A stretch of 64,000 nt of DNA, taken from NCBI GenBank assembly GCA_963786745.1, contig CAWBAE010000003.1, positions 106,082-170,081 on the forward strand. The letters are read 5' to 3'. Both the position numbers and the translations under genes were made by a program. The notes beneath the pieces are model-generated. The model did no database searches and was not told the origin of the DNA. It was given only the letters and a program-made list of their open reading frames with translations. This stretch comes from Terriglobia bacterium. GTDB taxonomy: Bacteria > Acidobacteriota > Terriglobia > Bryobacterales > Bryobacteraceae. Numbering within the stretch: position 1 is the stretch's first letter; every line of letters starts with the position of its first letter. Shown here in pieces: positions 48,296 through 60,202 of the stretch.

Positions 48296-49858
48296 TTAGC
48301 CCGCGGCCCCCTGCACGCCGAACTTTTCCCGCAGAATATTTTTCTGAATTTTCCCGCTTCCGCCTTTGGGCAGCGCATCGGTGAAGACCGCCGAGGTGGG
48401 GCACTTGAAATGCGTGAGCCGGTCGCGGCACCAGGCGATCAATTCGGATTCGGCCACGGCCGATCCGTCGCGCAGCACCACTACCGCGCGGATGGCTTCA
48501 CCCCAGGTTGGATCCGGAATTCCGATCACGGCGGCTTCGAGCACCGCGGGATGGGAACACAGCATGGATTCCACTTCCGGTGAATACACGTTCTCGCTTC
48601 CGGTCTTGATCATGTCCTTCTTTCGATCCAGGATATAGAGGAAACCCTCTTCGTCGAAAGCGCCGTAGTCGCCGGTGTGCATCCAGCCGCCGCGCAAAAC
48701 TTCGGCGTTGATCTCCGGCCGTTTCCAATAGCCCTTCATGACATTGGGGCCGCGCGCGATCACCTCGCCGGCTTGGCCGACGGGAACATCCCGGTCGTAG
48801 TTGTCCACCACGCGCACCTCGACGCCCATGACCGGCTTGCCGGCGGATTTGACGGGCGCGAAATCCCGGTCGCTGTTGTCGAAGCGATGGTCTTCATGCT
48901 GCAGCCGGGTGAGAAGCGGGCTCACTTCGGTCATTCCATAGCCTTGTACAAACTCGCAGTCGAGCGTCTGCATGGCCTGTTTAAGTAGCGGCAGGGGCAT
49001 CGGCGATGCGCCGTAGATCAAACGCGTGACGCTGGAAAGATCGTAGTTGGAGAATTCGGGATGGTTCAACACCATGTTGATCATGGTGGGGACCAGGATC
49101 AGCTCGGTGACTCGATAGCGTTCGATGGCGCGCATGACGCCTACCGGATCGAAGCTCGCGAGGAAGCAATGCGTAGCGCCGCACATGGTGGATGCGTAGA
49201 TGGCGCCCGCATCGGCCAAATGAAACATGGGCGCGGCGTGCAGCCATTTTCCGTCCCGGAACAGCCCGCCCGGAGGGAGCAGCGAGTGAACCGCGTTGGA
49301 GTACAAATTTCGATGCGTGAGCATGGCGCCCTTCGGCCCGCCGGTGGTGCCGCTGGTGTAGAACAAGCCCGCGATGTCGTTCTCGTGAGGTTCGGGAAAT
49401 TGGGTCGTACGGTGGCTGTCGTCCGGCTCCAGATGGTTCCAATCCACCAGGCCCTCGGGACAGGCGCTCGCTCCCACGTAAATGAAGCGCTTCAAGCCGG
49501 GCACGGCCTTGCGGATCTCGGGAACCAGCGGCGCGAATCTATCGTCCACGAAAAGCGTCTCGCTTTCCGAATCCGATAGCGTGAAGTTGATCTCGTTAAT
49601 ATGCCAGCGCGTGTTGAGCGGGACTACCATCACGTTTGCCATGGCGGTGGAGTAATACAGCTCCAGGTATTCAGGGCAATTCAGCATGAGCACAGCGACA
49701 CGCTCCCCCGGAACCACGCCCAGCGTCGCAAGCTTACGGGCGGAGTTTTCGACCAGCTGATAAAACTCACGGTAATTGAGCTGGCGGCCCTCGTAGTCGA
49801 TCGCGAGCTTGAGCCCATAGCCATCCCGGGCTCGCCGAAGACAATAGTTAACGGTCAT
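48296..49858 (-). CDS. Long-chain fatty-acid--CoA ligase (AMP-binding family)
   Basis: 520 aa. YTSGTTGGPKG AMP-binding motif, TGD, and C-terminal GKIQK. Confidence 0.92.
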   Translation of the reverse strand: MTVNYCLRRARDGYGLKLAIDYEGRQLNYREFYQLVENSARKLATLGVVPGERVAVLMLNCPEYLELYYSTAMANVMVVPLNTRWHINEINFTLSDSESETLFVDDRFAPLVPEIRKAVPGLKRFIYVGASACPEGLVDWNHLEPDDSHRTTQFPEPHENDIAGLFYTSGTTGGPKGAMLTHRNLYSNAVHSLLPPGGLFRDGKWLHAAPMFHLADAGAIYASTMCGATHCFLASFDPVGVMRAIERYRVTELILVPTMINMVLNHPEFSNYDLSSVTRLIYGASPMPLPLLKQAMQTLDCEFVQGYGMTEVSPLLTRLQHEDHRFDNSDRDFAPVKSAGKPVMGVEVRVVDNYDRDVPVGQAGEVIARGPNVMKGYWKRPEINAEVLRGGWMHTGDYGAFDEEGFLYILDRKKDMIKTGSENVYSPEVESMLCSHPAVLEAAVIGIPDPTWGEAIRAVVVLRDGSAVAESELIAWCRDRLTHFKCPTSAVFTDALPKGGSGKIQKNILREKFGVQGAAG

Positions 49859-50897
49859 GCAATCACTTCCTCATTTATTAATGCCTGGATTTCGTCGGCG
49901 CCCAAGCCGCAGCCGCTCAGGATCTCGCGCGTATGGTCGCCTAAGCCAGGCGGCGGAGCGTCCTGGCCATTCGGCAATCCGGCGGCCACTTCGGAGACGG
50001 TGAGCACCGGGGTGACGCAGCAATCCCCTGCCCGCAGTTCCTCGAACCATTGGCTCGCGGTCTTGGTTCGAAAGATCGCGGCGATCGTGGCTTTCAAATT
50101 ATCCTGGGGCTCTTCGTACTGGCGCGCGATCAGCTCTTCGCGGCCCAGCCTGCGGCACAGCTCAGCCCAGAATTTCGGCTCCAACGCGCCCACCGCGAGC
50201 CAGCGTCCATCGGCCGCCTGATAGATGTTGTAACACGCGTACCGGCCATCCAGCCTGCCCTCGCCCGCCAGCGGCTCTTCGCCAGTGTCATACCAGGCCG
50301 CAAGCGGAACGGTGAGCAGCGATGTGACGCCGGCTTGCATGGAAACATCCACGTGACGGCCCTCGCCGGTATTGTTGCGATCGACCAGCGCCAGCAGAAT
50401 TCCGGTGACCGCCTGCATGGAACCGCCCACCAGGTCGGCAATCTGGACGCCTGGAATCACCGGCAAGTTCAGCGACAGCGCGCCGCCCAGGGCCATATAG
50501 TTGAGGTCGTGCCCGGCCAACTGCGCGTACGGTCCGGTTTGCCCGTAGCCCGTCAGGCTGACGTAGATCAGACGCGGGTTGACGGCGTGCAGGTCTTCAA
50601 AGCCCAGCCCCAGCCGTGCCATCACGCCCGGACGATTTCCTTCGATGAATACGTCTGCGCGGCGCGCCAACCCGAGCAGGATTTCGCGCCCGCGCGGCTT
50701 CTTCAGGTCCAGGCAGACGCTTTTCTTACCGCTGTTGATTCGGGAAAATACGGCCGGGCTCATCTGGCGGCCGTAGTCGCCTTGTCCGGGCTGTTCGATC
50801 TTGATGACTTCGGCGCCCCAATCGGCCAGCTGCTTGGTTGCCACCCCGCCTGGAAGCAGCCGCGTTAGATCCAGCACCAGCATTCCGGAAAGCGGTT

Positions 50898-50901
<4 letters not shown>
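49855..50901 (-). CDS. CaiB/BaiF family III CoA-transferase
   Basis: 348 aa. GMLVLDLTRLLPGG...GAEVIKIE N-terminus, typical of family III CoA transferases. 4-nt overlaps with both neighbours. Confidence 0.9.
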
Positions 50902-52349
<1,448 letters not shown>

Positions 52350-52361
52350 AGCGCCGGGCCG

Positions 52362-55300
52362 CTAAAAGATAATCTTCGCGACCAGCTGCATGTTGAACGC
52401 CTCGCCGGGCCCGATTCCCGGCGCGCCGTTGAAGTCGCCGATGGTGTCGCCGACCACGCCATTGGGCCCAACCGAGAACGCGCCGGACGCCAGATTGATC
52501 CGATTGAAGACGTTAAACATCTCGGCGCGAAGCTGCAGTCTCAGCCGTTCCTTGATCTGGAACGTCTTGAAGACGGACAGGTCGACATCGGCGAACCCGG
52601 GACCGTACAAAACATTGCGTCCAACATCTCCGTTCGGATCGGTGGTTCCCGGGCACCCCGCTGAACCTGGAATACAGAACGCATTCGGATTGATCCACTG
52701 TTCGCCTCCAATGGCGAGGTTGAACGTGTGGCTCACGCCCGCGTAGGGATTGCTGATGATGTTCAACCCGGGGCGCTGAGTTCCGGAAGGATCGGTTCCC
52801 GTTTGCGGATTGAAAGGCTGACCGGTGCTGATGGAGATCAGCGTACTCAGCTCCCAGCCATGCGTTAGCCACTGGGGTCCGTGCGACGAACCCGGGATAC
52901 GGTAGCTGAAGAAGGCCGTGAATCTCTGGCGGCTGTCGAAGTCGCTGCTGGCGTAGTCAGCCGCCAGATCAAAACTGTCATGCGGGATGGACCCGCGATA
53001 CTCGGTCAGTTCGTCCAAAGCGTGCGACCAGGTGTAAGCAACCTGGCCGGTCAATCCATGCCACTCTCTGATCTTCAAGGTGGCCTGCAGCGAGTTGTAA
53101 TTGGACGTACCCTGGCTATTGAGTTGAAGGATGGAGCCGAAGTTAGGATACATAGCGTTGAATGCGCCATTCTGATTGATGTTGTCCATCACGGACAACT
53201 TATGCGCATCGCTGCCGACGTAGCCCAACTGCGCCACCACCGAGCTTCCAAACGATTTTTCGACGTTCAGGTTGAAATTGTAGATGTAGGGCGCACGCAG
53301 GTTCGGATTGATTCCGAACACGTTGAACGTTTCGCCGTTGCAGTTCGGGTCAGTAGCGGCATTTCCCAGGCATGTCGTTACGCCCGGAAATACGGATGCT
53401 CCGCCGGCCTGAACGGCCTGCCAGTTGTAGGCGTTCCGGGTGTAGGCATCCACCGGATGTGGACCGATGGGGTTGTCTTCCAAACCGTCGGCCGCGCCGA
53501 TGGGCGGGCGGAAATCGAGGAACGGGTTGATGTTGATCTGATCGAAGAACACGCCGAAACCGCCGCGAATCACGACGTCCTTCATGGGGTTGTAGGCGAA
53601 GCCGGCGCGCGGGCCGAAGTTGTTACGATCCGGTTTGAAGACGTTGCTCGGAATGACCAGCCCTTGTCCGGGAATGAATTCGCCGATATCGTCAGCTCCG
53701 CCGTTGTTATTCGTCAACGGGCCAAAATACTCGTACCGGATTCCATAGTTGATGTTCAGTTTGGAGGTCACCTGCCAGTCATCCTGGCCGAAGAAATCAA
53801 AACCGTTTACCAGCACGAAGCGCTCGGCGTCACCGACCGCGATGGAGGAGGTGCTGACGTCGCCGGCCAAAAAGTCGGCCAGCGCGGTGGTATAGGAATC
53901 GCAACCTGCGACGTTCGGGTTGGTGCCGCAATAGGACGCCCACGGGCCTTGAGTGCCGTCAAACTGGAACTTGCCGGTGCCTGAGCGGAAATAAAACTCG
54001 TTGATCCGTCCCTGGCGGAACTCGCCGCCAAACCGAAACTGATGGCCGCCGGTAACATAAGACGCGATGTCTGTCAGATGGCCGGTAATGTCGCTCCGGC
54101 CCTCGGGCGGAGTGACGCCGACCCGATCAAAGGGGCCGATGACAATCTGGGAAGCGCCCATGATCGGATTTCCGTTGATGGTTGCGTCGGGGCTTAAATA
54201 CAGGCCCAGAGCCTTCATGTCGAAGCTGCTGTTGGCGTCGTGAAATATCTGGTTGAAATAGCTGACACCAGCTAGTATTTGGTTCGTGAACTTGGGCGTG
54301 AACAGCGAGTTCAACACCAGGGAGTAGTTCTGGACATGCAACGGAGCGACTTCAAAGTATTCGCCCAGATTGGAGCTGGCGGTGGCGAGCGCGAGGCTGG
54401 CGCCGGGCGGCGCGGTCTGGCTGCCCTGGCCGACGAAGTAGTGGAAGGAGAGGCGCTCCTTATCGGAGAAATTGTGATCGACTTTGGCGACGCCGTTATG
54501 GCTGAATCCGGTGGACGGAATGTTCGCAAAATAATTGTTGGTTGTTGCGGGTAGACCTGCAATATAGCTTGGATAAAGCGTGTTATAAAGATTCTGCGAC
54601 AGCGAACTGACCGGGACGGGCGCGTAGTTTCCATATTTTCCGCCCGGGTTCGACAGAAGCTGCTGGGCCTGGTTGATCCACGCCAGGGACGGTTCCGTGG
54701 CCAGACCGCTTAGCCCGATGATGTACTGCTGCTGCTCGAAGGCCATGAAGAAGAAGGTTTTGTCCTTGATGATCGGGCCGCCGACTGTGACCCCGGCGTT
54801 AAAGTTGCGCAGGCGCGGAGCTTTGGTGTCCGCAGGCGTGAAAGGCGACTCCGCGGACCAGAATTCATTGCGGTCGTAGTAGTACCCGCTGCCGTGCAGC
54901 TGATTGGTCCCGCTCTTGAGGGTCAGGTTGATGGTGCCGCCGGCGCTACGGCCGGTTTCGGCGTTGGACTGGGTCTGAGCCGAGAATTCGTCCACGGCAT
55001 CGATGGGCATCACGGTGCCGGCGATTCCGGAAACACCGCCCTGATTCACGGCGGGAATGTTGTGCCAGAAATCATTGTTGTCGGTTCCGTCGATCTGCCA
55101 GTTCATCTGGTTGGCGCGAGTTCCGTTGAGCGACCCAAAACCGCCCACCGAATAGCCGGCGTAGCCCGGCGACGCTGCAATCAACTGCGTGAAATCACGG
55201 CCGTTCAAAGGTAAATCCTGAACCGAGGTGGTGGGGATGGTGTCGCTTTGCGTGGAAGTGGTGGTATCCAGCGTGACCGCGGCGGCCGAAACCTCAATCG

Positions 55301-55679
55301 CGGTCGAAGTTTGTCCTACGGTTAATTTAACCGGCACAGTGTAAACGGTGCCCGCGGTAACGGAGACATTCGAAACCGTAACCGGCTGGAAGCCCGAAGC
55401 GGTAACCGAGACCGTGTATGGACCGGGCGGGAGATCCTGAAACGAAAACTCGCCGCTGCCGGTGGTCACCATGCTCTGCGCGATGCTGGTGCCGGTATTG
55501 GTGGCCGTGACATTGGCTTTAGGCACCACGGCGCCGGTGGCGTCCGTGACTGTTCCGTTGATGGCTCCCCGGAAGGTCTGGCCGGGTGCGCCTGCGATGA
55601 AAACCAGCAGACACATAACGCCCAAAAATAACGACTTCTTAAATGTAAATTGCATAATTCCCCGATCCTGTAGACGCAA
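52362..55679 (-). CDS. TonB-dependent-receptor-like outer-membrane protein with N-terminal carboxypeptidase regulatory-like domain
   Basis: 1105 aa with a signal peptide. GAINGTVTDATGAVVPKANVTATN...PGPYTVSVTASGF (CarboxypepD_reg), long beta-barrel-like body, and a C-terminal aromatic residue (..VAKIIF). Confidence 0.85.
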   Translation of the reverse strand: MRLQDRGIMQFTFKKSLFLGVMCLLVFIAGAPGQTFRGAINGTVTDATGAVVPKANVTATNTGTSIAQSMVTTGSGEFSFQDLPPGPYTVSVTASGFQPVTVSNVSVTAGTVYTVPVKLTVGQTSTAIEVSAAAVTLDTTTSTQSDTIPTTSVQDLPLNGRDFTQLIAASPGYAGYSVGGFGSLNGTRANQMNWQIDGTDNNDFWHNIPAVNQGGVSGIAGTVMPIDAVDEFSAQTQSNAETGRSAGGTINLTLKSGTNQLHGSGYYYDRNEFWSAESPFTPADTKAPRLRNFNAGVTVGGPIIKDKTFFFMAFEQQQYIIGLSGLATEPSLAWINQAQQLLSNPGGKYGNYAPVPVSSLSQNLYNTLYPSYIAGLPATTNNYFANIPSTGFSHNGVAKVDHNFSDKERLSFHYFVGQGSQTAPPGASLALATASSNLGEYFEVAPLHVQNYSLVLNSLFTPKFTNQILAGVSYFNQIFHDANSSFDMKALGLYLSPDATINGNPIMGASQIVIGPFDRVGVTPPEGRSDITGHLTDIASYVTGGHQFRFGGEFRQGRINEFYFRSGTGKFQFDGTQGPWASYCGTNPNVAGCDSYTTALADFLAGDVSTSSIAVGDAERFVLVNGFDFFGQDDWQVTSKLNINYGIRYEYFGPLTNNNGGADDIGEFIPGQGLVIPSNVFKPDRNNFGPRAGFAYNPMKDVVIRGGFGVFFDQININPFLDFRPPIGAADGLEDNPIGPHPVDAYTRNAYNWQAVQAGGASVFPGVTTCLGNAATDPNCNGETFNVFGINPNLRAPYIYNFNLNVEKSFGSSVVAQLGYVGSDAHKLSVMDNINQNGAFNAMYPNFGSILQLNSQGTSNYNSLQATLKIREWHGLTGQVAYTWSHALDELTEYRGSIPHDSFDLAADYASSDFDSRQRFTAFFSYRIPGSSHGPQWLTHGWELSTLISISTGQPFNPQTGTDPSGTQRPGLNIISNPYAGVSHTFNLAIGGEQWINPNAFCIPGSAGCPGTTDPNGDVGRNVLYGPGFADVDLSVFKTFQIKERLRLQLRAEMFNVFNRINLASGAFSVGPNGVVGDTIGDFNGAPGIGPGEAFNMQLVAKIIF

Positions 55680-55856
55680 CCTCTAAATTACCCGGACGGC
55701 GCTATCGCGCAACGAGGCGTTAAGGTCGTCAATTTTCAGCGGCGCGAAACTCTTCACACCGCCGCCTGAGACTGAATGGGGCTATTATGCCTTGGTTACA
55801 GATTCGTGTCAAGCTCGTTTAGCAACAACGGGAAGGCGGGTTCCGCGTCGAAAGCT

Positions 55857-56327
55857 TTAGGTCGCCCGTTTCGCCGCAAGCCGTTGGCGTAATGCCGATG
55901 TTTCGCGGCGATGGCAGACCAGGCACAGGGTGCGCAGGTTGTGGACATCACATTCTCCTCCACCTTCCGCAACGGAAACAATGTGATCGGCATCCCAGAG
56001 GCTCTTGCGATTGATTTTCTTCAAGCCCCAGCGGGCGAGCAGGCGTTCCCGATGCGTTCCGCGGGCGCGTTTTAGTTCAACATACGCTGCGCGGGTGTCG
56101 ATCCGGCAAATCGCGCAGATGCCTTGGTCGCGCTCGAAAACCTGATCGCGGAGATATCCGGGGTCGCTGCGGATTTTCCATTCATGCACGCACCAATCCG
56201 AGCAAAACGTCGACCGGCGCGGAGGAACTTCCAGATTGCACCAGCGGCAGAGAGGCCGGCCGTGGTCACCTTTGGGCAGGAGCTCGCGGTCCGCCCAGCC
56301 GCCCGGCATGCGACGCGTGGTGCTCAA
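55857..56327 (-). CDS. HNH endonuclease family protein
   Basis: 156 aa. CxxC pairs (CRWC, CAIC, CLVCH) and DADHIVSVAEGGGECDVHNLRTLCLVCHRRET, an HNH core. The start is 1 nt after the stop of the upstream acyl-CoA dehydrogenase. Confidence 0.8.
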   Translation of the reverse strand: MSTTRRMPGGWADRELLPKGDHGRPLCRWCNLEVPPRRSTFCSDWCVHEWKIRSDPGYLRDQVFERDQGICAICRIDTRAAYVELKRARGTHRERLLARWGLKKINRKSLWDADHIVSVAEGGGECDVHNLRTLCLVCHRRETSALRQRLAAKRAT

Positions 56328-56328
56328 A

Positions 56329-57495
56329 TTACAGCGATCTGGCGATCAATTCCTTCATGATTTCGTTGGTGCCCGCGTAGATTCTTTGGACCCGGCTGTC
56401 GGTCCACATGCGGGCGATCGGATATTCCATCATGTACCCATAACCGCCGTGCAATTGGACGCATTCATCGATGATGGCGCACTCGCGTTCCGTGAGCCAA
56501 TACTTGGCCATAGCAGCAGTCGCGGTATCCAGCTTGCCGGTAACCAGCCGTTCGAGACAGCTATCCAGAAACACGCGCATAATGTGCGCCTGCGATTTAC
56601 ATTCGGCCAGCTTAAACCTTGTATTTTGGAATTCGAGCAAAGTCTTGCCGAACGCGGTGCGCTCCTTGCAATGCTTGGTGGTGATGGCCACGGCCTGCTC
56701 CGTGGTGGCGGTCGCGCCGACCGAGACGCCCATTCGCTCGTACGGCAACTGCTCCATCATTTGATAGAAGCCGCGACCTTCCTCGCTACCCAGAAGGTTC
56801 TTGGCCGGAACCCGGACGTCGTCGAAGAACAGCTCGCAGGTATCCTGTCCGTGCATGCCGACCTTTTCGAGCGTGCGGCCGACGCGATAGCCCTGTAGAT
56901 CCCGGGTGTCGACGACCACCAGGGAAATTCCTTTGGCGCCCGCGCCGGACTCACCGGTCTTAACGGCCAGCACGATCAAATTGGTATGCCAGCCGTTGGT
57001 GATGAAGGTTTTCGATCCGTTGATAACCAGGCACTCGCCCTGGCGCTTGGCCATAGTCTTGATGTTCTGCAGGTCGGATCCGGCGATCGGCTCCGTCATG
57101 GCGATGGAACCGATCAGCTCGCCTTTCGCCATCAGCGGCAGCCAGTATTTCTTTTGCTCTTCGTTGCCGTAGTCCAGAATGTAGTGCGCCGCGATGCTGT
57201 GGACGCCGTGCCCGAAATGCGTGCCCGCGTAGCACAGCTCTTCGGTGACCACCGCCTCATAGTAGTAATCGCCGCCGCCACCGCCGTAGGCTTCCGGGAC
57301 ATCGGTCAGCAGCAGGCCGACTTCGCCGGCCTTGGTCCAGGCTTCGGGATCGACACGATGCTGCTCGCGCCAGCGGGCTTCGTGCGGAACGAATTCCTCC
57401 TGGATGAACCGCTTCGCGGTCTTGCGAAAGAGCTGAATGTCCTCGGTGATCCACGGAGAGACGTAAGGGTGGGTGGTCTGCTGCGGTCTGGCCAT
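56329..57495 (-). CDS. Acyl-CoA dehydrogenase
   Basis: 388 aa. ACAD N, middle and C domains. GSIAMTEPIAGSD, and C-terminal YAGTNEIMKELIARSL. Confidence 0.93.
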   Translation of the reverse strand: MARPQQTTHPYVSPWITEDIQLFRKTAKRFIQEEFVPHEARWREQHRVDPEAWTKAGEVGLLLTDVPEAYGGGGGDYYYEAVVTEELCYAGTHFGHGVHSIAAHYILDYGNEEQKKYWLPLMAKGELIGSIAMTEPIAGSDLQNIKTMAKRQGECLVINGSKTFITNGWHTNLIVLAVKTGESGAGAKGISLVVVDTRDLQGYRVGRTLEKVGMHGQDTCELFFDDVRVPAKNLLGSEEGRGFYQMMEQLPYERMGVSVGATATTEQAVAITTKHCKERTAFGKTLLEFQNTRFKLAECKSQAHIMRVFLDSCLERLVTGKLDTATAAMAKYWLTERECAIIDECVQLHGGYGYMMEYPIARMWTDSRVQRIYAGTNEIMKELIARSL

Positions 57496-57578
57496 GTGTT
57501 TTATTGTACTTATGTTCTAGAGCCGCGTATATCGGCGCTTCCGCCGCCGGCATCCTGTAGAATGGTTACATCACGCGA

Positions 57579-58610
57579 ATGGTTCGTACTGCCCCCCTGG
57601 CGCTGCTTCTAACGCTCCCCCTGCTGCTGTCACTCACAGCCTGCAAGCGCGCCATATCGGACAACGTAGCCGCCACTGTGAATGAGCGCACAATTACCTA
57701 TGGAGACCTGGACAAGCAATTCCAGGCCCAGTTCACTGCCTCGGCGGAGCGCCCCAGCGACGATCAGATGGTGATCCAAAAGCTGGAGGTGCTCAGAACG
57801 CTGATCGACAACGAGATCATGCTGCAGCGTGCCGAAAAGCTGGGTTTGATGGCTACTGACGCGGATGTCGAGTCCAGGTTCGCGGAGCTCAAAGCGCCTT
57901 ATACCCAGGAAGAATTCCAGAGACAGCTGGCCGCCCGAAAGATGTCGGCGGACGACATGAAGGCGCAGATCAAGCGGGACTTGAGCGTGACCAAGCTGAT
58001 CAACAAAGAGATCACCTCGCACATTTCGATCTCCGACAAAGACGTGACCGATTTCTATAACGCCAACAAGAGCAGCTTCAATTTCCCGGAGCCGCAAGTA
58101 CATCTGGCGCAGATCCTGGTGACGCCCACGCCCGATCCGAACGTCCACAATATCAAGAACGACAAGGCCCAGAACGACGATCAGGCCCGCAAGAAAATCG
58201 ACATGCTGCTGGCGCGCATGCATCAAGGCGAGGACTTCGGAATGCTGGCGCAGAATTTCTCCGAAGATCCGACTTCGGCGCCGAATGGAGGGGATTTGGG
58301 CTTTGTTCCCGATTCGGCGCTCGAAAAGGCTAATCCCGACATCCGCAAAGCCATTCAGGCCGCGTCTCCCGGGCAGATTACGGGAGTGGTGAAGACTCCG
58401 GAAGGCTACCGGGTATTTAAGGTTTATTCCAAGGAACCGGCCGGCCAGCGGGAATTGACCGATCCCCGCGTGCAGCAGAACATTCGAGAAACCTTGTTGA
58501 ATCGCAAGGATCAGCTTTTGCGCGCTGCGTATTACGAGGTGGCACGCGATGAAGCGAAGGTAGCCAACTACCTGGCGATGTCCATCTCGGAAAACAAGAG
58601 CAAGAAGTAG
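57579..58610 (+). CDS. SurA-like peptidyl-prolyl cis-trans isomerase (PpiC/parvulin type) lipoprotein
   Basis: 343 aa. Lipobox LSLTAC, SurA_N-like region, and parvulin segment FSEDPTSAPNGGDLGFV. Confidence 0.85.
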   Translation: MVRTAPLALLLTLPLLLSLTACKRAISDNVAATVNERTITYGDLDKQFQAQFTASAERPSDDQMVIQKLEVLRTLIDNEIMLQRAEKLGLMATDADVESRFAELKAPYTQEEFQRQLAARKMSADDMKAQIKRDLSVTKLINKEITSHISISDKDVTDFYNANKSSFNFPEPQVHLAQILVTPTPDPNVHNIKNDKAQNDDQARKKIDMLLARMHQGEDFGMLAQNFSEDPTSAPNGGDLGFVPDSALEKANPDIRKAIQAASPGQITGVVKTPEGYRVFKVYSKEPAGQRELTDPRVQQNIRETLLNRKDQLLRAAYYEVARDEAKVANYLAMSISENKSKK

Positions 58611-58624
58611 CGGGAACCTGGCGG

Positions 58625-60181
58625 CTAATTGCCGGCGCTCTTGGCTTTCCCATCCGTTTTCGAAGCCGCGGGCGCTTTGCGGACTGCCTCGAAGTAGTGC
58701 TGCACGTATTGCTGATAAGCCAGCGGAACCTCGTCCCGGTTGATCTCGCCGCCAGCCTCAACGTGGGAGGCGTTGCGTTCCGAATACTGGGTTTTTAGCT
58801 GCTGCTTGCCGGACGCCACTTCCACCATCACCTCTCCGGTAACGTGCTCGGCGCGCTTGCCGATGATCTCGCTGATCTTGCCCATGGCGGCCAGCTGAGC
58901 CGCTTCCCGGGCGCTCTTATCGCCATCCTGCTTGCCGATTCCGCTCTTGCCATTTTCGGTGGACCGGTCCGAATTTCGGGCTTCGCTCTTGCCGTCGGCG
59001 GCCTGCTGCGAACCGTTCTGCGACTGCTGCTCGCTTTGCGATTGCGAATCGGCGTTCTGTTGGGACTGCTGATCGCCCTGGTTGCCCTTCGAATTGGAAT
59101 CCTTGTTCTGGCTCTTCTGCTGGGACTGAGAGTTGTTTTGCGCCGAGGAACCACCCTGTTTGCCGTCGCTCTTAGGCTGCACTTTGAGCTTGGCCAGCAG
59201 ATTGGCCAAAGCGTCTTTCATTTTGTCGGTCAGGCTGGGATTCTCGCCAGAATTCCCCTGAGGATTCGAATTCTTCGCGCTGTCGCTTTGATTTCCGGAT
59301 TCGGGGTTATTCTCCGGAGACGCCTTTCCGCCGTCCGCGCTCTGTTTATCGGATTGCGAAGGTTGTCCCTTCTCAGACTGATCCATTTGATCCTTGCCCT
59401 GGGGCGCGTCGTCTTTTCCGGCGGCTTTGCTCTTGTTCCCCGCCGGATCGGTGCCAGGCTCCGGATTATTCGCGTCGGACTGCTCCGGTGTATCGGTGGC
59501 GGAATCGGGCGCCTGCTGATCGAGGTCCGCCGGCTTGGTTTCGCCAGGATCGGGTGCGGCTGCGTTGTCGCGGCGGTCTTCTTCCTCGGTGGGACGCTCG
59601 GCGCGGATTCTCTTGGCGGCGGCGATATCGCGCCCTGATCCCAGGAATCCGTCGAAACTTACGTGCACCAGCGAAGATCGCAATTCGAGGCTGTGGTTGA
59701 TTCCGTATCGCAGGCCGAACATCCCCAGCACCGCGACCGCCAAGGCCGCGTTGATGTAAAACGTGCGCGGAGCGATAAACGGCAGGCCGCGCCGGACGTC
59801 GGCCGTGCGGGCCAACTCCTCGGCGATCCGGCTTTGATACTCCACCACTTCGGGAGTTGCGCCGGAGCCGTGAGAATGCTGCTGGAAGAAATACGCGGTG
59901 GATAGAGCGTCGCTGAAGTTCAGCCGCGCGTCGAGCGACTGAGCCACTCGATAGCTGGAAAGAAACTTATTGCGGGCGCGATACGCGCCGACGCCCAGGC
60001 TGCCTGCAAAGAGAATAACCGGCCAATACCAATTGAGAACCTGGGTTCCCAGCAGGAGCAGCAGAAGGAATCCGCCCAGAGCGAGAGCGGCCGCGAAGGA
60101 CGCTTCATGGATCAGCAGATTGCGCACTTGCCGACGCCGGCCATGCCGGATCAGGCTCGCAACTCGACCACCGTCGTCCAT
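58625..60181 (-). CDS. Membrane-anchored low-complexity (Q/S/N/D/G-rich) protein, related in architecture to the 19978..23642 product
   Basis: 518 aa. Two to three N-terminal TM helices, a long polar low-complexity region, and C-terminal VPLAYQQYVQHYFEAV, resembling IPQGYSDAIADYFRKL at the end of the Bat-cluster protein. Confidence 0.6.
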   Translation of the reverse strand: MDDGGRVASLIRHGRRRQVRNLLIHEASFAAALALGGFLLLLLLGTQVLNWYWPVILFAGSLGVGAYRARNKFLSSYRVAQSLDARLNFSDALSTAYFFQQHSHGSGATPEVVEYQSRIAEELARTADVRRGLPFIAPRTFYINAALAVAVLGMFGLRYGINHSLELRSSLVHVSFDGFLGSGRDIAAAKRIRAERPTEEEDRRDNAAAPDPGETKPADLDQQAPDSATDTPEQSDANNPEPGTDPAGNKSKAAGKDDAPQGKDQMDQSEKGQPSQSDKQSADGGKASPENNPESGNQSDSAKNSNPQGNSGENPSLTDKMKDALANLLAKLKVQPKSDGKQGGSSAQNNSQSQQKSQNKDSNSKGNQGDQQSQQNADSQSQSEQQSQNGSQQAADGKSEARNSDRSTENGKSGIGKQDGDKSAREAAQLAAMGKISEIIGKRAEHVTGEVMVEVASGKQQLKTQYSERNASHVEAGGEINRDEVPLAYQQYVQHYFEAVRKAPAASKTDGKAKSAGN

Positions 60182-60202
60182 CTACCAATTATGACACGAG
60201 GG

